Part shown: positions 26,601-40,554 of the stretch, one piece after another
Layout of the letters: each line of letters starts with the position of its first letter
How positions within the stretch are numbered: position 1 is the first letter of the stretch
Notes under the pieces: generated by a model
Seen by the model: only the letters and a program-made list of their open reading frames with translations
The model's database searches: none
What the model was told of the DNA's origin: nothing
Position numbers and translations under genes: made by a program
From: Octopus sinensis
Taxonomy: Eukaryota
Reading direction: 5' to 3'
DNA: 64,000 nucleotides
Assembly: GCF_006345805.1 (NCBI RefSeq)
Contig: NC_043000.1
Coordinates: 1-64,000 of the forward strand

Positions 26601-26789
26601 ACAACAACAGCAAAAATAATAACGAAACGACAAGAAAAGTCTCTGAGAAATTGCTAATCAATTTAGAAATAACAGCCAAATTTCCCTCAAATCATAACAA
26701 CTCTAGCTCCAAATGACTGTCGAAACCTGACATGATAAGACCTGACCAGCTGCATTGTTTTTTGGGAATATTAAACAGGTCAAGGGTTA

Positions 26790-27538
26790 TATTAACTGTT
26801 GTTGTTGTTGATATTGTTGCTGTTGACATTTGGTGATGTGGTGGCGATGGTGGTGTTAGATGTAGTGGTGTTGGTGGTGGTGGTGATGATAGTGGTAGTG
26901 TTGGAAGTGGTGGCGGTCGTCATGGAGTGTGTCTTTGGTGGTGATGTTCGTGGTGTTGTTATTGGAGTTCGTACTAACAGTGGTAGTGATGGGAGCGGTT
27001 GTGATAGTTGTGGTGGCTGTAGTATTGGTGGTGGTGGTGGTGGTAGTAGTAGTGACGGCAGTAGTGGCAGTTGAAGGAGCAGTAGTAGTAGTAGTGACAA
27101 TGGAGGTATTGGTATTGGTGGTCGTGGTAGTGGTGGTGGTGGTGGTAGGGCGTAGATCGTGGTAGTGGTGGCGTTGGCAGCAGTGTAGTTATTGTTGGTC
27201 ATGATGATGGAACAATGGCGGCGGCGGCGGCGGTGGTCGTTGTGGTTGTCGTGGTAATCGTCGTAGTCGTCGTCGTAGTCGTCGTCGTAGTCACGTTTGT
27301 GATACTGGTAAGAAAAATGATAATGGTAATGATGATGATGATGATGATGATAATGACGATGAGCAGGAGCGTGGGTGAGGGGGTGAAGGGGCGTATGGTG
27401 ATGATTCACATTTCAAGTGTGTTTGAGTGACATATAAGGTTAAAGTATGATGACTGATAAACGACTGGCAGTATGGTTGGTCAATGAATAGTTCCCTTTG
27501 TAATTGCGGCCAAGGTTTCGGATAACATCGACGCAAAT

Positions 27539-27613
<75 letters not shown>

Positions 27614-27670
27614 GATGGTGGTGATGGTGGTGGTGGTTGTGGTGGTGGAGGTGGTGGTGATGAAGCCAAC
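26790..27670. repeat. (GGT/AGT/GAT/GTT)n triplet low-complexity region
   Basis: Seen directly. Confidence 0.9.
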
Positions 27671-27739
27671 CTTAAAATCGAACTGATCGAAACTCGTTCC
27701 AACCGTGACGGTCTCGTCTTTTTAACGATTAGCTAGGTT

Positions 27740-29070
27740 ACTTTTTTGCGTTTTAAATCTTTTACTTGTTTCAAGTATTTGGCTGCGGCCATGCTGCAGC
27801 ACCGCATTGAAACGATTTTCATCGAACAAATCGACCATAGGACTTATACTTTGAAACTTAGTACTTATTATATGGGTTCTCTTTTGCCGAACTGCTAAGA
27901 TACGGTGACGTAAACACACCACCATCGGCTGTCTAGCAATGGTGGGGGGACAAACACAGACACACAAACACATTCACACACACACACGCACACACACGGG
28001 GTCGATATATTAAGTACCAGTTGAGTACGAGGACGATGTAATCGACTTACCCAAAGTTTTGGCCCAGTGCCAAAATCGGAAACCATTATTTGATAAGGCG
28101 GCGATTAGACAGAATCGTTAGAGCGCCGGGCGAAGTGAGGGATCGTGGGTTCGAATCTCAGACCGGGTGATGTGTGTGTTTATGAGCGAAGCATCTAGGT
28201 TCCACATGGCTCCCGCAGAAGGTAATGGTGAACTTCTGCTGACTGTTTCGTCACAACTATCTCTCACTCTTTCCTCCTGCATCTTGCAGCTCACCTGCGA
28301 CGAACCTATACGCCAAGAAAACCGGCACAAGGCCAATTATTAAGAACTGAGAAAATCGTTAGAGTATTACTCTTTTACTCTTTTATTTGACTGTGGCCAT
28401 GTTGGAGCACCGCCTTTAGTCGAGCAAATCGATCCCAGAACTTATTCTTTGTAAGCCTATTACTTATTCTATCGGTCTCTTTTGGCGAACCGCTAAATTA
28501 CAGGGACGTAAACACACCAGCATCGGTTGTCAAGCGATGTTGGGAGATAAGCAAAGACGCACACACACACACACACACACACACCACACACACAACACAT
28601 ACACACACATATATATACATATATACGACGGGCTTCTTTCAGTTTCCGTCTACCAAACACACTCACAAGGCTTTGGTCGGCCCGAGGCTATAGTAGAAGA
28701 CACTTGCCCAAGGTGCCACGCAGTGGGACTGATTGTTCGGAATTTGAATTCAGAGCCCAATGACAGACGAAATGCTGCTAAGCATTTCGCCAGGCGTGCT
28801 AATGTTTCTGACAGCTCGCTGCCTTGTGGCCCCTTAGAATGCTTAAAGGGATAAGGCGGCGAGCTGGCAGAAACGTTAGCACGCCGGGCGAAATGCTTCG
28901 CGATATTTCGCTCTGAATTTATGGTCTGAATTCAAATTCCGCCGAGGTCGACTTTTCCTTTCATCCTTTCGGGGGTCGATAAATTAAGTACCAGTTACGC
29001 ACTGGGGTCGATATAACCGACTGGCCCCCCTGCCTCCAAATTTCGGGCCTTGTAGTTAGAGTAGAAAAGA
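27740..29070. mobile_element. SINE cluster: SINE-B (-) ~27740-27985 and ~28368-28732, SINE-C-like (-) ~28120-28310, SINE-A (-) ~28745-28815 and (+) ~28855-29070
   Basis: Direct similarity to the other copies. Confidence 0.8.
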
Positions 29071-29114
29071 ATGCTCTAAGGGTTCCATAACTATTAATCT
29101 TTCCCTATGTATAG

Positions 29115-29160
29115 GGGATGAACGCAAATAATAAAACTGAATACAATGATGCTGAAACGT
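29115..29160 (+). CDS. Candidate 46-nt exon
   Basis: ctttccctatgtatag|GGG ATG AAC GCA AAT AAT AAA ACT GAA TAC AAT GAT GCT GAA ACG T|gtaagt. Only one frame is open (GMNANNKTEYNDAET). Confidence 0.3.
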
Positions 29161-29289
29161 GTAAGTTTGTTCAGGTAAATATTGGACTTTGTAACAGTAT
29201 TTAAGGTAAGATAAATAGGCTGTGTGCATTGCCAAACGTACCTACATATGTATATACATAACCTACAGAAAATGAATGCGTAACATCAC

Positions 29290-29350
29290 TTACGTACACC
29301 TATATACACCACGTGCGCACGCATATATATATATATTATATAGATATATA

Positions 29351-29412
<62 letters not shown>

Positions 29413-29903
29413 AGATGTATGTATATAATGTGTGAGTGTGTAAATATATAATATATATATATATATATGTTTGTGTGTGTATGTATATATGTATATATGT
29501 ATATATACATATGCAAACATATACATATATACATGTATATACACATATATATATACACACACACATATCTACACACAGATGCGTATACATATATATATAT
29601 ATATACATATATATATATGTATATGTATGTATATATTTATATGTATATATCTATATGTATGTACTTATTTATATGTATGTATGTATGTATACAAACATAC
29701 ACACACATACACACACACACCTGTACGCGCAAAAATACGCATGTGTATATAAAGCGTTTGTGAGTTAGTGGGGTGGAGAGAGTGGCAAGACAAACAGACA
29801 GACTGATGTTAGTCGCTAAATTTCACACGATTAAAGTACTGAACGATTAGACGGAAGAAAGTAAACAAGCGAAGAAAATGGTGTGTGTGTGTGTGTATGT
29901 GTG

Positions 29904-29965
<62 letters not shown>

Positions 29966-30137
29966 TTTTTTCATGAGTAAGTATACGTGTATATATATGT
30001 GTATGAGTGCACGTGTCGGTTGCTGGTGTGTACAAGCATGTGATATTATATGTACGTTTAAAGAAATGGGTGTGTCTTTTTGTGTTTGTATGGCGTGAGT
30101 ATATATATATATATATATATATATGTGTGGGTGTGTA

Positions 30138-30171
<34 letters not shown>

Positions 30172-30230
30172 GAAGGCTGTCATATATATGTATATATATA
30201 TATAGTGTGTGTGTGTGTGTGTGTTTGGGT
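29290..30230. repeat. (TA)n/(TG)n/(CA)n compound microsatellites
   Basis: Seen directly. Confidence 0.95.
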
Positions 30231-30447
30231 GTGTCTTGTTTGTCCCCCTAGCATTGCTTGACAACCGATGCTGGTGTGTTTACGTCCCCGTCACTTAGCG
30301 GTTCTGCAAAAGAGACCGATAGAATAAGTTACTGGGCTTAAAAGAATAAGTCCCGGGGTCGATTGCTCGATAAAGGCGGTGCTCCAGCATGGCTGCTGTC
30401 AAATGACTGAAACAAGTATATATATATATATATATATCTATATATAT

Positions 30448-30480
<33 letters not shown>

Positions 30481-30671
30481 GTTTGTATGTATGATTGCAT
30501 ATGTATGCATATGTATGTCTCTGTATGTGTCTTATGTGTGGTGTATGCATTGTGTGTGGTGTTGTGTGTATGTATAACAAAGAAAAATTTTGAAACAACG
30601 AATGACGAACTGATAAACGATAAGACAACAGGCGACGAAAGAGAGAGAAAGACAAAGAGAGGCAGTCGAAC

Positions 30672-30710
<39 letters not shown>

Positions 30711-30931
30711 GCCGGGTGAGAGAGTACCATAAGTTAATTTCAAGGAGATAATTACATAAACAACCAAATGAATTCACCGATAAGGGTTCGGTTGTTTTTC
30801 AGGTAATATCCTCCTCAAGTACTTCTCCCCTGCTTCAGGTTTGCCTTGTATCACACATGTTGGCTCTTACCTTTTTCCTCTTTGAAACACTCCAAGTCTT
30901 CCAAATATTACCTTATCTTTCTCCTCCTCTC

Positions 30932-30970
<39 letters not shown>

Positions 30971-31114
30971 TTCCTTTTCTATCTCTTCCTCTTTCCCAAA
31001 TCTGTGTGTGAGAGTAACTTCTCAGGCTCTGTTTACGTCCTACATCAACCTCTCTGTCATCTCTCTCTCTCTCTGTCTCTCTCTCTGTCTCTCTATGTCT
31101 CTCTGTCTGTCCTG

Positions 31115-31148
<34 letters not shown>

Positions 31149-31374
31149 TCGTAGTCCAGGATGTTTGACGGCCAATTTCTTTCTCTCCTATCAGTTGTTT
31201 ACTCGAACCCTCTCCATGCTCTCTCATCTGACGTCGGGACCCACTTAGAAAGTAGATCGAGACAGCATTTTAGTAAAAATATCGGATGAGACAAGGACCC
31301 CCCCCCAAAAAAAAAATTCAGAACTGACTATTTAAACAAATATATCGATATCTACACTGAACACGCGCCCGTAT

Positions 31375-31715
31375 ACATACACACACACAAACACACACGC
31401 ACACGCACACGCACACATGCACACACACACACACACACACCAACACTCACACACTAATACGCAAGCACTCATACGCACATACGCACGCACGCACACACGC
31501 ACACGCACGCACACGCACACACACACGGATACACACACAGGCACTTGCATGCATGCACGCACACGCAAGCACACGCACACGCAAGCACACACACACATGC
31601 TCACACACACCCATGCTCTCACACACACACACACACACGCACGCATACACACACGCACACACACACACACATATGCACGCACGTACACACACACATACAC
31701 ACACACACACTCATA
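31375..31715. repeat. (CA)n/(CACG)n microsatellite
   Basis: Seen directly. Confidence 0.95.
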
Positions 31716-32146
31716 CATATTATAAATAACCGGATGTGTGTGAGAGACTGAATATGTATATGCATAGAAGCACGTAGTTTCGGTTTCAGTCCCTTTATGG
31801 GGCACCTTGGTCTACTGTCCGTCCTGGGATGATAAAAGTGATACGAGTGGATTTGTGAATTTGATAGTTTTGGGTTTTGGTAGACGGGAAATGAAAGGAA
31901 GCCTGTCGTATGTATATAAGTGATTATCCAATCAAAATCTGAACTGAGGACGGTTCGCGTCTAACTTAACAGACAACTCTACCTCCTACAACGCAGAGTA
32001 AATAAACGAAAAACCTTAAACGGTTAGATCGAAGAATATTAAAGTGAAGACCCTGAGGAAACTGCACTAATGTTATAGTAGGGTTGCAATTACAACGGTT
32101 ACTAATCGGTGCAGTTGAAACATGTGTAGGTCTATGTAAAGCTGTA

Positions 32147-32210
<64 letters not shown>

Positions 32211-32211
32211 G

Positions 32212-32430
32212 AGGGCGGCGAGCTGGCAGAATCGTTAGCATGCTGGGCTAAATGCTGAGCGGTATTTCTCTGCTGCTACGTTCTGAATTCAAATTCCGCC
32301 GAGGTCGACTTCGCCTTTCATCCTTTCGTGGTCGATGAAATAAGTTCCAGTTATGCACTGAGATCGATGTAATCGACTAGCCCCCTTCACCCAAAATTTT
32401 TAAGGCCTTGTGCTTCAAGTAGAAACAATA
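32212..32430 (+). mobile_element. SINE-A inserted next to (ATT)n
   Basis: ggcggcgagctggcagaatcgttagc… head and body. Confidence 0.85.
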
Positions 32431-32699
32431 ATAATAATTACTATTATTGTTGATAAAGCCAGTCAACAGCAATTGACGAAACCGGTATGACTTTGCATCC
32501 CTTTAACAATTAAAAATAATGACTTTTATTCCTCTTAATTCTACCTCAGATCATTTAATTGTTTATATTTATCGTTACTTTTCATTAAAAAAGCTTCTAT
32601 TTTTTTTATACCCAATGTGCATTTTCGCTTTTTTCTTGTTACTTTCCCCATATATCTACCACGTGTAGTTTATTTCTCTCTTTGAAACATACTTCTATT

Positions 32700-33540
32700 A
32701 TATATATATATAACTTAATCTTCATATTTCCATTTGAATAACCACTTTTACCTCATCTCCTCATTTATTATACTTCTATGTTACCTTAAAACGGATCTTG
32801 AGTAAACAAGAGTCCTTAATCCACTTCCACTTCATTCTTTTTAATTCTTCCCCCTCCCCCCACATTTTCATAATTGACTTCATTAGCCTTCTAGTAACGC
32901 TTTACAAACATAAATCTTTTTACGTTAAAATTTCTTTATATGTTTATGATTATTTATAAAAAAATACTAAGTATTGATTTTAACAGTTAGATTTAATTTA
33001 CATTAGGTAACGTTTTCCCATTGGATATTTCTTTAACGTACTCACGCTATGCTGCATATATGGAGATCTAATTAGCAAATCTATACTAATCTATAGAGAA
33101 GGTGTTATCGATATCTCTAAATTTATATCTTTCTCTAACCGTTTAATATTTGACATGACTCCCATCACTATCATACAGATAGGAACAGACAAACATGAAA
33201 CTCAAAGATCTAACTTCTCTCCTCATTTTTAAAGTTCCTATTATTATTTTCTCTCTGCACTGATGAGTACTATGATAATTTTTAAATTCAAATATGAATT
33301 TATATCTATACACGAAACAATTGTATGCATGAATAAACTTCTTACAACTTTTTAACATCTTATCTCTTCCATTTTTGACAAATATGATTCGATTTGTAGA
33401 ACTTCAATCCACACACTTAATATTCTAATAATACTTTTCATATCTTCGCCAATTTTTACCAGTAAACTCTCAGCAAACTATGAAGAAACAACGTTAGAAA
33501 TCTTTTTGGAAACCACTCCATTTAAAGGACGAATCCACAT
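32700..33540 (-). mobile_element. Very old LINE RT/C-terminal remnant
   Basis: Fragmentary peptides such as VYRYKFI and RLMKSIM…KRMKWKWIKDS resemble the post-RT region of RTE/L2-type LINEs. Confidence 0.35.
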
Positions 33541-33646
33541 TCAACCTGTTACACACGTATATGTGTGCATATGTATGTATGCGTACATATGTATATATAT
33601 TTACATATATGTATGTATATATATTTGTATAGGTATATATATATTA

Positions 33647-33685
<39 letters not shown>

Positions 33686-33705
33686 TAATATATATATATA
33701 TATAT

Positions 33706-33741
<36 letters not shown>

Positions 33742-33745
33742 ATAT

Positions 33746-33834
<89 letters not shown>

Positions 33835-34354
33835 CATATCTGTGTGTGTGAGAGACAGTTTGTTTTGTACATGCGTCTGTGTTTGTCACTCCCAATTCTG
33901 TTTGACAACCAGTGTTGACTTGTCTATATCCCCGTAAATTAGCTGTTAGGCAAAATAGAATGATAATGGAAGTGCTCGACTTTAAAAGAAAATAAGTACC
34001 AGGGTTGATTTGTACAACTAACTACAAACGGCGGCAACCCAGTCGGATGATGGTGGTGAATTCTGCGCAACGGTTTCATGAGTGATTCGAAATACAACGT
34101 AAAGTGTACCATTGCTGGGAAAATACAATTTTCGCCTCGTTTTTGAAAAGTAAGCAAAAGGGTCTCATTAAAGGTTTGAAATCTCCGTGGAGAGAAAATT
34201 GGTTTTAATCCGTTTGGATTCTATTCTTAAACTCTTATCCCAAAAGTACTCATATTTTTCCCACGAAGACATTAGTAGTTCATAGCTGTTTATTGTGCAA
34301 GTATAACACCGACTTTCTGGAAAGGGATGGTCTGGGTTCTTTTATTCCGTACCA

Positions 34355-35107
<753 letters not shown>

Positions 35108-36214
35108 ATATATACATATATATATGACGTTCTTTCAATTTCCGTCTACCAAATCCACTCACAAGGCTTTGGTCAGCCCGAGGCTATAGCAGAAGACACT
35201 TTCCCAAGGTGTCACGCAGTGGGCCTGAGCCAAGAACCATATGGTTAGGAAGCAAGCGTCATACTACACAGCCACGCCTGCACCTTATTTCATTTAATTA
35301 TTTAAGTAAGTTTAGGGTTATTTGATTTATTTAGAGTGTTTAGCTGAAAGTGACCACACTCACGTCGGAAAAATTAGTAAACCTGAAAAGCTTTGGAATC
35401 AAAGGTTCCAGAAAATCGATGTTGATGCTGTAAAATACAAACTGAAATACAGCGAATCAGATCTGTCGAAGTGGCATGACAGCGCATGCACTGAAAAATT
35501 GCTATATTAATTACTCAACTAATTAATTGAGTAAATATTAGTCCATTACACATCGTTATTTTTCTCTTTCTCCTTGAAGAAATATGTATAGAGCAGATTT
35601 TCCCGTTAAGCATTTTAAGGGCTCTTAGAGATATAAAATAACTCGGTGCACCACTTTCTTCATTTCTACAGTGAAACTAAATTTGTGTTATTTATAAAAT
35701 TATAAATGTTTTCCTTACAATTTAATTCAAATTACCCATGAAACGCTCCGTCAAGCAACAGTAATTTATTAATCACGCTATCGGCGCATGCATTATTGTA
35801 CACTTTAGACTGATAAATTTAGCTGTGTTCGAATCTGTATACACCATGAACTGTTAACATGCCTGTGAACACAAAGTGTGTATTCTCTCTCTGATGAAAT
35901 CTATGTAGGTCAGAAACGGGTCATATCGATCTCACTTTTCACTACACACAAAGCCCTTAATTACTTATTGCGCAATCACTATATCTAGATTTTATAGTGA
36001 GACCAGATTTATACTTTACACATCAGCTATATAACCTTTAATGTATGTACAGTGGTGGCGATAAGGAATAACTAAATAATCATTGAAGACTATACACTTA
36101 GTGACGAAAAGAAACAGAATTGTTTCACGATTAAGTAATTTAGGTATACGATCTGCATGTTAAAAAATTGGGTATTATCGTGACTACATATTTGATGTAC
36201 CGCTAGTTAAGTTA

Positions 36215-36530
36215 GTTAAGTTAAGTTAATTTTTTGGCTTAAAAAGCAAAAAGCAAGGCCATGTAGGGGGACATGGAGTTATGTACAGAGTGGTGTTCAT
36301 GCAAAGAGTTCAGGCCATTTCAGGTCAAGAGAGACTTTGAACCGAGCGGTCGTCGGCATCTTCACTATCTCGTCCGGCAGCTTATTCCATGGATCCGCAA
36401 CCCGGACGGAGAAAGCCCCTCTCCTTCGATTGAGATGAAATGAAAATGTTGATTCGTTGTTCAAGTCAGAATAAGACTGAAACATGTCTGGAGTTGTCTC
36501 CCATGCTTGTCTGAATGTCTTACATAACAT
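36215..36530 (-). mobile_element. CR1-type LINE 3' end
   Basis: RRRGAFSVRVADPWNKLPDEIVKMPTTARFKVSLDLKW followed by a short UTR and a (TTAAC)-like tail. Confidence 0.85.
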
Positions 36531-36590
36531 GAGTCATTGACTAATGTCATTTTTGCTTTCGCTTTACCATATGTTTACTTGTATTTAAGT

Positions 36591-36974
36591 GGAGGCGCAA
36601 TGACCCAGTGGTTAGGGCAGCGGACTCGCGGTCATAGGATCGCAGTTTTGATTCCCAGACCGGGCGTTGTGAGTGTTTATTGAGCGAAAACACCTAAAAG
36701 CTCCACGAGGCTCCGGCAGGGGATGGTGGTGATCCCTGCTGTACTCTTTCACCACAACTTTCTCTCACTCTTACTTCCTGTTTCTGTTGTACCTGTACTT
36801 CAAAGGGCCGGCCTTGTCACTCTCTGTGTCACGCTGAATATCCCCGAGAACTACGTTAAGGGTACACGTGTCTGTGGAGTGCTCAGCCACTTACACGTTA
36901 ATTTCACGAGCAGGCTGTTCCGTTGATTCGGATCAACCGGAACCCTCGTCGTCGTAACCGACGGAGTGCTTCCA
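36591..36974 (+). mobile_element. SINE-C, full length with TSD
   Basis: tRNA-like head (A-box tgacccagtggttagg, B-box-like gttttgattccc) and a 12-bp direct repeat acttgtatttaa at 36577-36588 and 36974-36985. Confidence 0.9.
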
Positions 36975-37028
36975 CTTGTATTTAACTTTGCATTTATATA
37001 AATATGAAATATATTGATTTCTAACTTA

Positions 37029-37504
37029 CCGTAAATCCTCGAGTATAATCCGCATTTTTTTCCAAAAATTTAAAGGTCAAAATCCCTAGTGCGTATTATA
37101 TACGAGGTAAAAATTGAAAATTATTTTCTAAGCAATGTCCGAGTCTCTATTTGCTGTCCGGCAATGTTTATTCAGACGTATTTTGTGATGTCGGGCGCGA
37201 AAATACTTTAAATCACCCATAACTTGCAGTTAGCAACATTTATTAAACGTTATTACTGTTATTTCTTTATTTTCTGCAAACAAAATGCACAAAAATGCTA
37301 CACGTTTGCATTATGTTATATATACATAATAATGAAGGACGTTACCGTATACATTTTTACAAACCAAGGACGTTATGTAGACCTCCTTAACTCAAGTTAG
37401 AGGAGTGCGTATTATGCACAAGGTTTAGGTTTTTCAGATGTACAGCCCCCTAAAAATCCCCTGCGTATTATACTCAAGTGCGGACTATACTCGAGGATTT
37501 ACGG
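37029..37504. mobile_element. Non-autonomous Tc1/mariner-superfamily (Tc2/pogo-like) MITE
   Basis: TIR ccgtaaatcctcgagtata(a/g)tccgca at both ends with TA TSDs. Confidence 0.9.
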
Positions 37505-39189
37505 TATGTTAAAATAGAAACCGGTCGGCGGAATACATTGCCATAAGCAGTTCATTTATTCTACAATACTTTCCCAGATGACATGTTTGATTTTAAAAGC
37601 AACTGCCCACGTCTATACAATTCACTACTTTTAGACGCTAGTCTGTTTCAATTTATCATTTCCAAAATGTAACATATCACATTCATCAGTAACTCCCTTT
37701 CAGACGTAGGAAACAAAAATATATTTGTAGCCTCGGATCTGTAGATCTTTAGTTATCAATACGGTAACCATGAGAAGATTTTATGGGTGTCGCTGTCGGC
37801 CGCCTTCAGTGAAGTGTTTCATTATTGTGATCAGTACGCATACAAGATGCTTTTTCCCTGTTATCTCGTACCACCCAGCTGTAAATAGACTCTACTGGAA
37901 TGTACAGCCCAAAGTTGTAGGCAGGGAATGAAATATAAGACAAGCTAACAAATGATTCCATGTCTTTTTTTGTGCTTGCGGAATCTACAGAAAACTATTA
38001 AAATGCAAAACTTACAATATGAATTCCAGTTTTACTATTGTAAGCAACTCCTGACTGCAAGTACTCTGTAATTACTGGTATATTGCAGTTCATCTGTTAT
38101 AACCTGTTCACTTCCAGACCCACATTTTTGATGTGAGTATTTTTCACAAATATCAAATTCTCCATTACGATCACAAAGATATCTTTACAAAAAAAATCCT
38201 TCATATAAGTTTTCGATACTAACGTTTATTTGTCCCCGTAGTATATGACTGACATTAGAGAGACTAACGATCGATTGAATAAACGTATGAACACGCCAAG
38301 TGTATACTTTATCAAGTCCGAAAAGTAAAAGTAATATGCAAATTCGAATCAGATAGGTTTTGAATTCAAAGCTCCATTAAGTTCAGTTCTGTACCGTTTT
38401 TGTCGCCCAGTAACCTTTTCAATTTATTATTGAAGTATCTTACAGTTACCGCAATAGTAGAGAAGAAACAGCGACAGCCTGTTGCTAATATTCCCTTCTA
38501 TCAAGTACGATTTGATAAACGTGTTTGGAGAGATCCATACTAGTGTTCAACTCTACAGTTTCTTCCACATTAGTGAAAGCTTAAGGTTTAGGAGCACGTG
38601 TGTAGCCAATGCAACCGAAACCCTACCTCCCTGGTACTCTGCTTATTGACCTCGGAAGCATGCAATAGGAAATTAATTCTGATCAGATTTGAAATCAAAA
38701 CAAATGTATTGATACAAATATAAAGAAATCAGGGAGGTTACATAATATAAATGCACTTGCTTCTCATGTTTGGCTGAAAAATCATGAACAGACTAATAAA
38801 GGATTTTTTTTGGTGGGGGGACATGACCAACAATTTTTGGTAGAAAAGGAACAGTTTATTACCTAGAGCTCAATACATAAATTGTACTTTATTTTATCCA
38901 CGCCCAAAATAGGGAAGACAAAGCTGATCTCGGGGGAATTTGAACTCAGAAGAGCCGGAATAAAATACCTCATAGCATTTTATCGACACTCCAACAATTC
39001 TACTCGACCACTAATGATGCTAACATCTAGTTATGTATGTATGTATGTATGGGATCGACAAGCTGTACACCATTGCAAAAGGTGATACATGAACTAGGTA
39101 TCCTGTTACATCAGCCACCAAACATGAAGATATGAAATTAAAAATGTAAGACTGCAAGAGGATTGCTCATAGATAATTTTTCCCAACAG

Positions 39190-39400
39190 AGAGTTGACAC
39201 AAGATCACAAGATCCATTTCTACCACAAATTAATAATGATAAAAATTTCTAAGATAGGTATAGGACAAAAAATTTTAGTTGGGGTTAGTACTTCTCTAGT
39301 ACGTTTTTCAAATGGAAATTACTCCCGGTCTGGTACGTATATTATCAAACATAAAGGGACTAGATGCAAAGTCAAACTTGGTGGAGTTTGAAGTCTGGAT
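39190..39400 (+). mobile_element. Probable CR1-type RT remnant
   Basis: HKLIMIKISKIGIGQKIL…NGNYS resembles H..L..KL...GI...L..WI…NG..S. Confidence 0.4.
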
Positions 39401-39906
39401 GTAAATTGGTTTAAGGGGACAGCGCAAAGAAATTAATCTGTTTATTTTTACCGTATCTACTAAGGCAATTAACAACAGAGAAATACTAAAAAAAAAAGAA
39501 ATACTAATAAATAAAAACAAGAACCCGAATGTTGATGGATCTTTAAACAAATAAATGGGTTATATTTTAGTTGAGTGAATAGGGTACAAGAGTTATATTC
39601 ATATAGGAAGTCGAATAGTGCAAATCAATTTAGAAGAGAAGGGGCCTTATAGTAAAAGTCAGAAGCGTAAAGCTGTTGACAGATCTTGTAGAGGGCACTC
39701 AAAATGAAGAGCAAACTATGCAACTGTTGTTGCCGTTTTCTTGATATATATATATAAATTAATAAAAAAAAACCCACCTTTTATCAATTCAATAATGAAA
39801 AATTGAATTATACCATCTAGAAAAATTATATATTTTTAATTTTATATTATGAATTGATAAAAGTGTTTTTTTTTTAATTTTATATATATATATGTATATA
39901 TAAATG

Positions 39907-39994
<88 letters not shown>

Positions 39995-40058
39995 GGAATT
40001 TGACTTAGTATTTCTAAATTACATTTTTGCCTGTAAGTTTGGAATAATATTCCCTCAC

Positions 40059-40098
<40 letters not shown>

Positions 40099-40338
40099 CA
40101 AATTGAAATTTAAGCAAGTGAAAATAAACAAATCAAACAATTTCAAAAATAAGAACAACGTTATCGTATTTTATTTTCGAGAATGGTGATGGAAAATTTG
40201 CATATCCGAATGGCAACAATACAAAATGGTAATCTAGGAGATCATATGCTTACTCCACCACACTCATTTATATATACATATGTATGTAGGTATATATGTC
40301 TATGTATATGTGTGTTTGTGCGTGTGTGTATGTGTGTA

Positions 40339-40554
40339 CGAGGTGTGCTGAAAACTCCCTGGTTTTAAGGGTATCACGAAAGTCCTGGTTGAAGGCCCGG
40401 CCTTCCGAGTTCTATTACCGGGCTTAGAAAAACTGAAGAACCGCTGCAACAAGTGTGTTAATCTGAGAAAGGATTATGTTGAATAATATCATAATTAACA
40501 GATTCTCCTGTATTTTCTTTTACTAACAGCCAGGAACTTTTCACCATCCCCTTG
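40339..40554. mobile_element. Mariner-derived MITE (internal deletion derivative)
   Basis: TIR-like ends cgaggtgtgctgaaaactccctggtt / agccaggaacttttcaccatccccttg, TA flanks, and a retained transposase 3' end (…CNKCVNLR..YVE*). Second copy at 47382-47545. Confidence 0.8.

Noticed and set aside
24604-27702. Hydrophobic poly-Ile/Val/Leu ORFs resembling membrane proteins
   Set aside because: They are pure triplet microsatellites.
36591-36670. tRNA genes at SINE heads
   Set aside because: A/B boxes are present, but there is no complete cloverleaf and each continues into a SINE body.
39757-39880. AT-rich imperfect inverted repeat
   Set aside because: It has low complexity and is flanked by (TA)n. 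Probably a small MITE relic with no further structure that I can support.
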